Shown: positions 1-12,200 of the stretch, piece by piece | How positions within the stretch are numbered: position 1 is the stretch's first letter | How the letters are laid out: every line of letters begins with the position of its first letter | NCBI GenBank assembly: GCA_964247055.1 | Contig: OZ176052.1 | Span: 744,001-808,000, forward strand | Reading direction: 5' to 3' | Source of the DNA: Paragordius varius | Taxonomy: Eukaryota > Animalia > Nematomorpha | DNA length: 64,000 nt | Notes under the pieces: model-generated | Told to the model about the DNA's origin: nothing | The model's input: only the letters and a program-made list of their open reading frames with translations | The model's database searches: none | Translations under genes and position numbers: made by a program

Positions 1-898
1 TATCCAAAACTAACACTTTAAAATTACTTGGATTTTTTTTAAATTATTTATTCGCATTTTTGTAATTGAAATTTATTTCAATAAATGTTTTTTCGATAAC
101 CAGTAACCCAGTAGGCCTCACCAAATTGAAAACAAAAATTCTTGCGTCCCCCTCATAAAAATCCAAATTAAAAATGGTTATATTATAAAATTTTAAAAAT
201 CCCAGTCAATGAGATCCTTACATCTGCATTTTAAGAAATTTTTCCCATATATGACAAATCTTAATGATATTCTCACCGGAAATTCTTGAATTCGTATCTA
301 TTAATATTTAATAAAATTTTCTGAATTTTTCGCGCCCTTATATTTTCCTAAGACCCCGTTAACTTATTCCGGGAGCCACTGAAGTAATTATTGCGAAGTG
401 TCAAAGTTGATTTAGTAAAATATTCGAAAACACTATACATAAAATTATTTTCATACAGTTATCATCCTTCTTATTAAATTTATAAAAATCTTTAGATCAA
501 AATATAATCAAAAGCTAAATATAAAAATATCCATAAAATATTTCTACTTTTGGCATGATAAAAATTTTAAATAAAATTTTAGGGGCTAAAAACATATTTT
601 TTGCGATTCTTCAGCTATTTATTCTTAATGAACTGAAAAGGCAATTTATGATTTTATTGGTTAAAATTACAGATACTTTTGAAGTTATTATTTGATGTAG
701 CTTCGGTTTCGAATTTTCGCAAACGTGGTAATATAATTAAGAGAAACATTTCACCTTTTCAATTATTTAAATGAAGATATTTTGGGGTAAGTTTACTGAA
801 ATTTTAAGTTGTTTTGGTTAGGTTATTTATTAGACATTCTTCTCTTTTATTAATAAACTAAAATATTAATAGTTTTTAAATATTAAATGGATAGCTTC

Positions 899-2115
899 GA
901 ATTCCGTTTAACACTTCGAAATTAAGGTATCTAAACGCCCCAGGCATTATTTAATTTCTATAAAACTATTGAAAGAAACGGTTCCAATTTAAATTGCTTC
1001 TAATAAAAATAATATTAAGACAAAATTTAAAAAAAAATTTCGTATTAAACTACTTGGACGCCCATTTTTATTTACAACATTTTTGCAAAATATCGTGTTT
1101 ATTTGATTCTAAGACTAAAATTTAGTTTAATTTTATATAATCAGATTTAACATTGCTATAAAAATGGTATATTTTGTATTATTTTTTTATTTACCTATCA
1201 CACACATGAGATGTTTGCTAAATTTTTCCCTTTGGGTTTTACCCTTGAAAAAGAAATATCAAGTTTTGAACGAATCTTTTTTTAGATTTCGGTTCATTAA
1301 TCTTATATAAGTGCAAAATTTTGCCATGGTTTCCCATATTTTTTGAAATATTTAATTTTAAACAAGCCTGGTAATATAACTACCCCGAACCAGGACCGAA
1401 ATGAATTGTATCCAACTGTTAATTGAAACAAATAGCTGGTTTTAAAATTAATAATAAAATATTTTTATGATTTTTCTAGTTAATTTAACACTTGAATACA
1501 ACACATTTATTTTATCCTTCAAATATTGGGATCGTTGGATACCCCAAGCCTGTTTAAAATTAAATTTTTAAATAAATATGGAAGGAATTGAAACCATGGC
1601 AAAATTTTGCACTTATATAACATTAATAAACCGAAATATAATATTTTTAATTCCAGAATACTTGTTATAAAGGTAAAAATTTAGTCAACGTGACATGTGT
1701 GCAATGATAAAAAACAAAATAAAGCCCTTTTGCTATTTCTATCAGTGTTAGATGTATTTCTAAAACCCAAAGGTAAAATTTAGTTAACGTGACAAGTGTC
1801 CAATGGTAAAATTATACAAAATAAACCCCTTTTTCTATTTCTATCAATGTTAAATGTATTTCTAATAAAAAAAGCTTCAATTTTACGGTAAAAATTAAGT
1901 GAAGACGATATTTTGCAAAATTTTAAATTAAAAAGACCTTTAGGTAGTTTGACATGGAACTTTTTTTCAAAACGAAATTTTATTTAGAAATATTGGTTTA
2001 TTTATATAATTTATATTAGATAGAGGCAAAAATTTAAATTAATACCGTTTTCTATTTTAAAATATAAACTAAAATTAAGTCTGTGTATTTAGACACCCCA
2101 ATTATCAAAGTGTTA
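899..2115. mobile_element. Two inverted copies of a ~500-bp non-autonomous element (Helentron/HINE-like), forming a long foldback
   Basis: ~899-1375 is the degenerate reverse complement of ~1527-2115 (e.g. TATATAAGTGCAAAATTTTGCCATGGTTTC versus GAAACCATGGCAAAATTTTGCACTTATATA). Single copies occur at ~41478-41975 and ~45448-45860. Confidence 0.65.
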
Positions 2116-2664
2116 AATACATTGTCTGATGTTTTCGCGATAAAAAACTAGGGTAAAAATGGCAGCGAAAAGAAAATTTTACTATTATACATTTTAAAAA
2201 AGATTACATCATGCGCCTGAAAAGCTAAAGAATCCTATATAATTGATAATGATCTATATTCGCATTAAATTAGACCTGGGATGGAAAACTACCCTCAAAA
2301 GGGAAGGAAGTGTTTGATATTTAACTCTTATGTAAGTAAATAATTTGGCAAAAAATAACCAATAGAATTTATACAAACCCGACCTTTAAGTCAAAAAACA
2401 GGTTAAAAATAAAAAGTTACATTATTACGAATATTATATATGATATAGTTTAGACCTAAAGATCTTATAGTAATAGTTAAAACAAAAAAATTTATCATTT
2501 TTAAATGAAATTTTTCTTCTTCAATGGGTCATAAATTAAAGCTTTAATTGCTAAATATTTAAGCACAATATTTTTCATTACATAATTAGTGTGTAGCAAT
2601 ATATATTACCCAAAAGTAATAAAATATAAAACGTCTGTTTTGATGAGCCAAATATAATTTATGG

Positions 2665-2924
2665 ATGTCAACCACACCGCTTTTTAAGGAGGATCGAGCA
2701 AAATGTTATTCCGCAAGAGATGAGTATAAATTTTGTAATCATAAAGCTTTTTCAAATGTTTAGATGCGGGTGGAGATGAAAAAAGTTGTAAAAAGTTAAA
2801 AGAGCTATTTATAAAATCGTGCCCTAAATCTTGGGTTGATCATTTTGAACGGGGAAGAAAATTAGAAATTTACAAGAAAAATTTTGATTACACAATATAT
2901 AACGAATCTGAAGAGAAAAAATAA
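2665..2924 (+). CDS. COA6: Cytochrome c oxidase assembly factor 6 homolog (78 aa, 2 exons)
   Basis: Exons 2665-2723 and 2747-2924 joined over a 23-nt GT-AG intron give MSTTPLFKEDRAKCYSARDDFFKCLDAGGDEKSCKKLKELFIKSCPKSWVDHFERGRKLEIYKKNF... This has the CX9C-CX10C pattern and the R..C..ARD.Y/F.KCLD...C..L...F..SCP..W..F signature of the COA6/COX6B family, closest to COA6. The unspliced frame stops at TAG. Confidence 0.88.
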
Positions 2925-3266
2925 ATTTTTGTTATTATAAAATTGCATTATCAAAATTTATTCTCCGTGTCTTCTTATACTAGTTGCTATTTAATTATCA
3001 GTGAAAATCGCTTTGTTTAGATAGGTATAAATATTGAAATTCCTATTCGGATTGTTTAAAATTGGTTTATAAAATATAGCTGTTTTCATACTACGAAATA
3101 GCTAGTTCCTTTTCCAAGTGGTTTCGAGCCACAAAAGCGGCACCAGAAAGAAAGTTCTGGGCGGTAAATAGTGTATTATTTAAAAATTTCAGGCGTTTTG
3201 AAACCCTTCCTGTGTTGGTCCGTGACGTTTCATATATTTTTTATAAAATGTTTAATTGAAGAAATA

Positions 3267-3451
3267 CAGTAAAAACTGAAATTATACGGATACAGCGTAA
3301 AAATAAGACAAATATTATTTATATTTTACAATTGGTAACTAAGTAGCTTATATGGGAAACATTTAGATTTTAAAAAGTAGGGTTGTCTTTTATATAAAAA
3401 TATTTGTCTTTATATTTTCACGTTTTGTCCGTATAATTTTAATTTTTACTG
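3267..3451. mobile_element. MITE family 1 (Tc1/mariner-type), representative copy
   Basis: TA-CAGTAAAAA(C/T)TGAAATTATACGGAC...GTCCGTATAATTT..ATTTTTACTG-TA with long TIRs and a TA TSD. About 25-30 full or partial copies were counted by eye, mostly in PKD introns (e.g. 16160, 26060, 27865, 31640, 32107, 33428, 34430, 35225, 36910, 37553-38270, 38878, 42735, 44545, 61345). Confidence 0.85.
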
Positions 3452-5954
3452 TATAATACTTGCTAAATGCACATTGAATAAATTACGAAGGTTACGGTTA
3501 GATAATTTTATTAAATATAACATTCTCAAAAATCTTTATATACAATTTTATCTCAAATCAGAAAAATTTAAATTTAGGCATCATGTCCACCGAAACTAAG
3601 ACAACATACAGCTATTATAATGTCGGCAATTTATATCAAACAGGTTAAGTTCTTATTTTTAATACATTTGACTGACCGGAAAATCGTGTGTTTAACGAAT
3701 AAATGGTGTCTTGAAGAAATACAAAACTATTATTTTATATTTTTTGTGTGTGGAAAGCATCTGCACTGCAATATCCTCATAACAACGGTAAAATATATAT
3801 AGCATTTACAGTTCAAATTCACTCTGGAACAATTCATATTTACCCTTGAACAATTTATATTCACATTAAAATAAATTAGTTTTTAAGATTAAATAATACC
3901 CATATTTTTTTAAATTTAAAAAAAAAGAAATTTCGTTTGTAATCAAAATAATACTGAAAAAATAATAAATTATAAAATCATATTTAATTTTTATAATTTG
4001 TTATATTAGCCCGAAATTTCATGATTTATATTTAGGGTGAATTTGAATTATTCAGGGGTAAATTTCAATTGTAAATGGTATATATTCAAAATCACGTATG
4101 ATTAACACAACATTCAGAAAGAAACAAATGTGTAATTTTTAAATACATCATTCGAATAAGATATTACGAATATCTCTGAGTTGATATCTATCATATTCAA
4201 ACAAAATTATACCATTTTAATTAAAAATAAACGAAAATAATAATTAAACAAAATATGAGAAAACATCTTTCATCAATAGTAATCGTATATAGTTTCGGGC
4301 TTAGCTTTCAACAATGCAACATAACATTTTGACTTATTAATGCGTATTCCTCAAAACGTAAAATATAAAGACATTTTTCAATACTCATTATTTAAAATGG
4401 CAAAATATGAAATAGAGATATATATTACTAAAAAATCAATTCTGTATTTTACAATTGTAATAAATAGTTTATATAGAAAAATTAAGGTATTAAAAATTTA
4501 TGGTTGGTTTTTAAATAAAAATTTTTGTCATTATATTTTCGCGTTTTGTTCGTATAATTTCAATTGTTACTGTTATTCATTTTTATATTGTGGTATAACA
4601 TAAAGTACATCATTTGTAATGAATTGTTTTATCTTGAATTAAACAGGTATAGGGAAATTCAAAATAAATGCAAAATACATTTTCTCAATAAGGCTTTAAA
4701 TTCCTTAAGCAAAATTTCTCCGATGCCAACAATCGGTTACACCTTTTCCAAGAATATAAAAATTAATTTGGGAAGATTAGATCCCAATTATTATTCCAAG
4801 CAAATCAAAGAATATTTTGGCAAGGATTTCTTATTTTTAGGATATTAACATTAAACAAAATATCTCTCCCTTATTTAATTAAACAAGGGAAACTCCTGAA
4901 AGTTACACGCAAATTATATTGTTGAGAAACAAAAAAACTGTAGCATTCTTGAAGTTTCAGATATAAAATTAACTATTAATTTATTTATGGTTGTGTATGT
5001 GTTAGATACAGTAGTGTATTTATACGCCAAATTTTATAAATACCACCATCATACGCAATAATAATTATTATTTAATAAAAAAGGAAATTTAATATAAATA
5101 TGTGTTATTATAAGATTCATCAGTATTAGTGTGTGTTGGGCGTGCTGTAATGGTTATTTTACAAAAAATGGTTAAATTTTAAATAAATTATTTTACTAAT
5201 AAAAAAAGGTTACAACAAAAAATATAAATAAATAAAACTAATAATATTTGCAATAGATGTGTTTAAAATATCTAACCAAAAAAATATATATGAATTTTAT
5301 CTTCCACCATACCATATATCAAAACAATTTTTTTTATAAAATGCAAAAATATCATAGAAGTGAAATTTTTATGGGGAACCAGTGAATGTACTATCAGGGA
5401 TTGAATGATTATTTTAAAAGTGTTGATATTAATGTTTCCCTGGGTTACAATTTTAAGGGGGAACAGATAAAAATGTTATGGGTAGGAGAATTGTATTTTT
5501 AATTAATTTTCTTTGTCTGAATCGGATAATTCGCCATTCATATTTACTGGTCCTCCGTTTGGTAAGTTTTTATTGGGATCTAAACAAATGAAAATAAAAA
5601 CATTATGATTAACTTTGTAACATATTTCAGTAAAAAACAATGTATTTTTTTATGACTCAAAACTATCTTTTTTTAAAAATATTTTAAATATGTTAAGCCT
5701 TTTGAAGTAAATTTATGCATACACTTTTAGCCATTTTACACAATGCCTAATGCGAAAAAAATAGTTTAATATTAAATTACTCAAATATAGGTGACAATAT
5801 TTAATTTTACAAGTGCAACTGTATCGCCCAAAATCACTATTCAATTGTTCCATATCACCTATATTTTATGGCCATTAATATAGGTATTATGGACACAATC
5901 CAGAAAAATGATTTTAGGTTACATCAGATGCACGTTTTAAAAATGCTTTCAGAA

Positions 5955-7823
5955 TTATCTAGCATAGTAGCTACTTTTAAGCATGGTGGTATTTGCTTTA
6001 TTCGCCTTAGTATTTTTAGCGTTTGTAGTGTTGTTGTTTGAGGACGAAAAAGATTTGCTTTTAACAATGACAGATCTGAACCGGGATACGTCTTTCAAGT
6101 GTTTACTGTGTTTGGGATTAAAGTCACACATACTGGCTACACGATCCCAATCTCCCTTGTCCGCACATATACCGGTAGATGTTGCAACTTGTTTCTTGGA
6201 TTTATCTGCATCTAATACAAAACATTATAAATAAATAATTGGTAAAATCAAAAGAATTTTTTTGTAAATAAACGTTTCATTATTGGATATTGTGTAGGAT
6301 AAAGTGTTATTGTATTATTATTCTTATTGCAATTATGATTCAGCTAAAATTTTACAAATTTATTGGGTAAATTATTTTCAATTACTATTAGTAATCATTG
6401 TCAAACGTAAAAACAACTAATAAATTTATATAATTTTAGCTGAATCGCAATAATAAATGGTAAAATACTATTGTATTATGTAAATTTCTAAAAGTAGATT
6501 AGTTAGAAGGTAAAGATTATTATTGAAATATGTAAAATATTATCCTCCAAGTTTTTGCGGTCACATACTTCATTGAGTAAATAAATCTTATGTTGGTATG
6601 AAAAAATCAAAAAACATAGAAAACGTTACATTCCCCCAAATAATATCAAACAAGCTACAGATAAAATAATAAAAAATGCCTATGCTAACTGCCATTGGAC
6701 AAAAACCTAATGAAAATTAAGTTGAAATTATAATATTTTTAGAATAAATTCTTAAATATCATTAAACAGCGATAGATTTAAAATGAAACGCAAATGTGAC
6801 AGAAAGCAAGTAAGGGCACAGTGTGAGATAGTATAGAATATAGTGGTGATACAGAATAAAATCGCCCCAAAGCCTGGTGTATTTCATATCAGCAAAAAAC
6901 AATTAATTTGTGTAAATTAATATGATAAATTACAATTTCACAATAAAAAATCAAATTTAGACCAGCTCATATCTACATAAAACCAATATATATGGTATGA
7001 AATATAGAAAAAAGAGCTAAGTATATTGGTATAAAGATTGATGAATATATTGTAAAAGGGAAGGATCGCTCTAAAACACAATAGATAAAACAGAGATATG
7101 GCAAACGTAAACCTAAAACGTGAAAATGCTTTCGATAGAATTTTATGGCAAAATAGTTTGCAAATATGACCGTCGAAAGAGAAATATCAGATCATATTTA
7201 TTAAAAAGATACCTGATAATTTTGATTTATCTGCCTCGTGTATTGTTTGAAGCTCTTTTTCATGTAATCTAAAGCTTAAAATGACTCAAATACCTATTAG
7301 CTTCTTTCGTTTTTTGTAATTGTCGAGTGAACATGGATTCCCATTCATCAAGTTCTTTTTGCGCTTGTTCGCGCATTTCTTTCTTCTTAATTTGTTCTTC
7401 CTCGTCTACAAAAAAAATTACATAAATTAAAAACCTTTTTTCTTGATAAGTTCAATTTGTTTTTCACGCCATAAGCGTATTGATTCGGGTTCTTTTTGGA
7501 TTTTATCCTCAGATTTAATAGCACTAAAATCACCCATTTTGTTGGGAAATTTCTGATCAGTATCCGATTTTGTGTTGGATTTATTTGAGAGTGTATCAAA
7601 TTCTTGGAATGTGTCATCATCATGGTTGGAAATAAATGATTGCTCTAAATTAGTTATACTTGTTATGCATACCAATTTGTTCATTTAAAGTAAGTGAATC
7701 TGGAAAATCTTTTTCCAATTGATCCAATTCATTTTGGGTTCGTTCCCAAAATTCTTTTTCTGGTCGGGATGTACCATTTACTTGAACCTCATCATCGTCA
7801 AAACCGATCTGACTTGTCGCCAT
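5955..7823 (-). CDS. Clc: Clathrin light chain (about 261 aa, 5 exons; possible 6th exon at 5579-5503)
   Basis: Exons 7823-7673, 7644-7435, 7405-7294, 7268-7213 and 6211-5955 total 786 nt and phases agree. Hallmark motifs: FSAIKSEDKIQKEPESIRLWREKQ, KEMREQAQKELDEWE...QLQKTKEANR and GDWDRVASMCDFNPKHSKHLKDVSRFRSV (vertebrate EWERVARLCDFNPK...KDVSRMRSV). Introns are 28, 29, 25 and 1001 nt. Confidence 0.93.
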
Positions 7824-7884
7824 ATATACAATGTTTCTATGCGGATGCCAAAAACAGCATGCGTCACATAAATTGAGTTATTTT

Positions 7885-8225
7885 TTTAGGTTTTTATTTT
7901 TAGGCTCTTCTAAAATAGGTTATTTTTCTTGTAAAAATTATGATATTGCGCCATAAAAAAGGTTATATATTAAATTTTAAAATCAACTAAAAATATTTTC
8001 GCCGAAGTTTTGAAATCACGAACTCAAAAATATAAAAGTTTTTTCACGTGATAATTTTTTATTTTTAGGCTTTTCTAAAATAGGCTACTTTTCTTATAAC
8101 AAACGTAAAAAGGCTGATATTGCGCCATAAAAGGTTATAAATTAAATTTTAAAATCAACTAAAAATATTTTCGTCTTAGTTTTAAAATCAGGAACTCAAA
8201 AATATAAAAACTTTTTACGTGATAA
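7885..8225. repeat. Two-copy ~170-nt direct tandem duplication upstream of the clathrin light chain gene
   Basis: TTTTTAGGCT(C/T)TTCTAAAATAGG...GATATTGCGCCATAAAA...AACTCAAAAATATAAAA...CACGTGATAA occurs twice. Confidence 0.75.
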
Positions 8226-9295
8226 ATAAGATGAAATTAATATATATAATTTTAAAAAAGCACTTTTCATGTAGTTTTTATAAATTTAGCTATATAAGAA
8301 ACTTTTCAAATATAATCATCAATAAAATAATGGAAATTTGAAAATCATAGATATTTTTTAGGATAAAAGGTTTAAAATGCATTAACTAAAAAACTACTCC
8401 TAAAGGTTTCATTTTTCGGACGATTACATTTTGGGCTAATCCAAAAATTTACCTTAATTAACTATTGTTTTAAAAGTTGTTTCTTAAATGTGTGATCATA
8501 CATTGTACTACTATATATAACAAAAAACTATAATTATTACAGTTTTCAACTTTTACAGGCCAAAATTAGCATAGCTTAAATTCGATTGAAAATGGCTTAT
8601 TTAAAAAAATTTTAATTTCCATCGATGTAAAAAAAATTTAAAGTTATTATTTTGCATTATTTAATTATAATATCCAATTATTTGTGTATAAGCGTATAAT
8701 TAATAATGAAGGGCTGAAAAAAGATGAAAGATTTTGTTTCAAAACTGAATTAGACGACAAGGCTAGAGAAAAACATTTAAAAATAGCAAGTTCCAATTTT
8801 AAATCGCTCTGGGGTACAAAATTAGCCCCAAAAGGTAGAAGTGTTAAAAAAGCGTATGATCATCAAATTTTATATGTTAAAAAAATATCCATATATAATG
8901 TTACTAAGGATTGAAATTTATGTATTTTCCTAAAACTAAAATCTCAGTTTGGAATATGAACTAAATCGATCCAAGTTAAGTATAAGCGATTATAACCATA
9001 TAAGAAAAACTTTCGAATCAAATTATTTACATTATATCCCCTTGCGCAATTCCTAGACCTGAATTTTGATTTGACAAAACACAAGATAGTAGGTTTAGCT
9101 TATAGTAAATTTATAAAGGAAACAATTATATTTTTGATACGCTTTTTTTCTGTATACAGTTCAATACTAATGATTCACCCGTTAAAGAGTTTCATGATTG
9201 AAAGCGTATACCACATATATAAAGATAAATTTATTATATAACCAAATTAGAACTCTATTGAAAAAAGAATTCATATAATTTTTTTGAAAAAATGT

Positions 9296-12200
9296 CTAAT
9301 AAACAGGTCTAGTTGTTCGTCTGCAGTTACATATTGGACATGGGCTCACACTCTCAATTCTACAGGGAGGTCTACACCCCAAAGCTGGACAAACTATTTA
9401 TTATTACATATTATATTTAACATAAATTAACAATAATTTCTTAAAAAAATTGTTCTTAATCATTAAACATAATAATTTAAATATAATAAAGTAAGGCTTT
9501 TCAATTTGCCAATAAAAGTTTATATAATTTCAATTTAAGTATTACCACAATCGCAAACTTGGCAGCCTTCTTCGTTTATTCTGGGTTCCGGACATAAGGG
9601 TGGACACACCACATTTTGTACACAATCTTATAGTAAAAATTAAAATTATATAAACGACCAAAACTAAAGGACAAAAATTTTTTAAATCTCATTGTTAAAT
9701 CTATAACTAATCATTTGGAGTTGCGAAATAGGGGATAGATATGTTTATTTGTAAAACACTCAATTTTATATTTTGCAGATGTAATCATAAAATTTTATAA
9801 ATTATTAACAAATTTATAAAATTATGGCTGTTTTTTAGAAAATTATTATCTATTAATTTATAAGTTTCGTCTTAAAATTTCATCATAGATAAATATTTCG
9901 CTAATATAAAAAGTAAGGAATCACGCATTTATAAATCAAATTAAGGTAATGACAACGCGTATAAATGATTTTTAAAAAATAAATAGTTAATTTATTCAAT
10001 AAATATCTAATTTTTTATTATTATTGTACAATTTTTGACAGGATAAAAAAAATTAAAATAAAACGTAAAAAAAATATAAAATGGTGAAAATGATGTGTGG
10101 TAAAGGGATTCAAAACTAGTGAAAAAACCAGTAAACATTACTGGAAAAAACTAGTAATAAATACCCTTAATTAATGGATGAAGTATACAATTGTTTTATT
10201 ATAATTGAGATAAGTATAATTGATTGTGTTATGGTTGCATTATAAAATATTATTTTAGGTTGTAATTCCATATGTTAGACAACACCATACCGTTGGCACA
10301 GTTGAGATTTGCATTTTGCTTTTTAATTTCAATAGCTTCACGTATAAATCGTTTTGAACGACTCAGTGTTAACCAATACTTTTGTTTTAGCTATGCGGTG
10401 ACCTTGAGAACAAATGTGTTCAGCAAGTCCGGAATTAAATTTATTAGAGCTTATATATTGTGTATGTGTTCTTTTAATCTTTGATCAATGGTGCGACTTG
10501 TTTCTCCGACATAAACACCATCACAGCACGTAACTTTATAAACACCTGGTCTTTTTTTCGCGAGTAAGTCTTCATATTTTATGTGATTGATAAGTTTAGA
10601 CATTGGTTTATATATTATACGTATGTTAAATCAGCTTAATAGGTGACCAATTTTTGTGGTTACATTTTTAATGAAGGGTAGAGAGAGGCAATTGCAACCG
10701 AATGATCATTTGATTGATGTTTAGCTGTGGTTTGATAGTTGGTTCTATTGAAAAGCGGGGGGTGGTCGCTATTTTGTTGGAAGGATTGTTTAAGGTAGTT
10801 GATTTCGGGTGGCAGTGAGCTGAAGTCGCATATTTCTTGAGCTCGGTGGATTAGAGTTTTGATAATTAAACTTTTTTGGCTAAGGTGATGATGGGAGTCA
10901 GCATTGAGGTAAAGGTTGGTGTGTCTTTTGGCTTTCTGTATATTGTATACCCGAGTTTTTCATTTTTTTGTTTTTATAACAAGGGTGTCTAAGAACCTTA
11001 TGTAGAAATGTTATTATATTCCATGGTAAATTTAATATTGCTATTTATATTATTTAAAAAATGGCATACCTTCTCTTATCCATGGGGCTAAATTGCAAAC
11101 ATATCATCGACATATCGTAACCAAAGACTTGGAACTAGGGAAGTGGAGTTAATGACTGTTTCTTGAAATTTTCCAAATATAGATCGGAAAGGATTGGGGA
11201 AATGCTTGATCCCATAGGTGTACCGTGGTTGTGGAGGTAAAATTGGATGTGTTAAAAAGAAAAAAGGTATTAAAAAGACATAATTTAAATAATTTAGGAA
11301 TATTAGGGTGTAAACCCTTGTTTGTTAAATTGTTAAAAAAGTTAAAGACCTCGTTTTTAGGAATTCTAGTGAAGAAAGATTGTACATCAACCGTCTCTAT
11401 TTTTGATGTTCAAATGTTTGATTTGTTAACAAAATCTGTTAAGTTTTTGACATAAGATGTGGTTCTGCATGCAAATGGTTTTAGGTGCTGAGCAGTTGTT
11501 TCGAAAAGAAATCTGTCGGCGAGTTGATATTACTCACAATGGGACATAATGATATTCCACCTTTATGAACTTTAGGTTGACCGTATATCCGTGGGGGATA
11601 GTAAATTTAGGTCTGGCTTCTGTTTTTTGTTTTTCTGGTAATTAAGGATTACCGGATCGCTTTTTTAATCAAATTAGTTATTGTAGTTGTCGGGTCTTTT
11701 TTAATTATTGTATATAATCATCGCTCAATAATTAATCATTTTGTTAATATACTGTTCTTTTGTTAAAATGACGGTGGTGTTTCCATAGTCGACAGGTAGC
11801 ATTATAATGTCAAGCGTATTAATAGCATTTTTGAAGGCTTGGTACTCATTGTATAACTTGCTTTGGGAAGTTAACATTTTTTGATAATATGACTGATAAC
11901 TAGAATAACTAATTTGATTAAAAAAGCAATCAAACAATCATCATCATTCCCAGAAAAACAAAAAACAGCAGCCAGACCTAAATTTACTATGCCCCCTCGG
12001 ATTTACGGTCTACCTAAAGTTTATAAAGATGGAATACTATTACGTCCCATTGTGAGTAATATCAACTCGCCGACAGATTTCATTTTTAAACACTCAGCAC
12101 CTAAAACCATTTGCATACAGAACCACATCTTATGTCAGAAACTCAACAGATTTTGTTAATAAAATCAAACATTTGAACATCAAAAATACAGATCTATTTA

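Noticed and set aside
4340-4603. 87-aa ORF
   Set aside because: It overlaps a MITE-1 copy, and the composition reflects AT-rich repeat sequence.
8684-8914. 76-aa ORF starting at GTG
   Set aside because: It lies in repeat-derived intergenic sequence with no recognisable domain.
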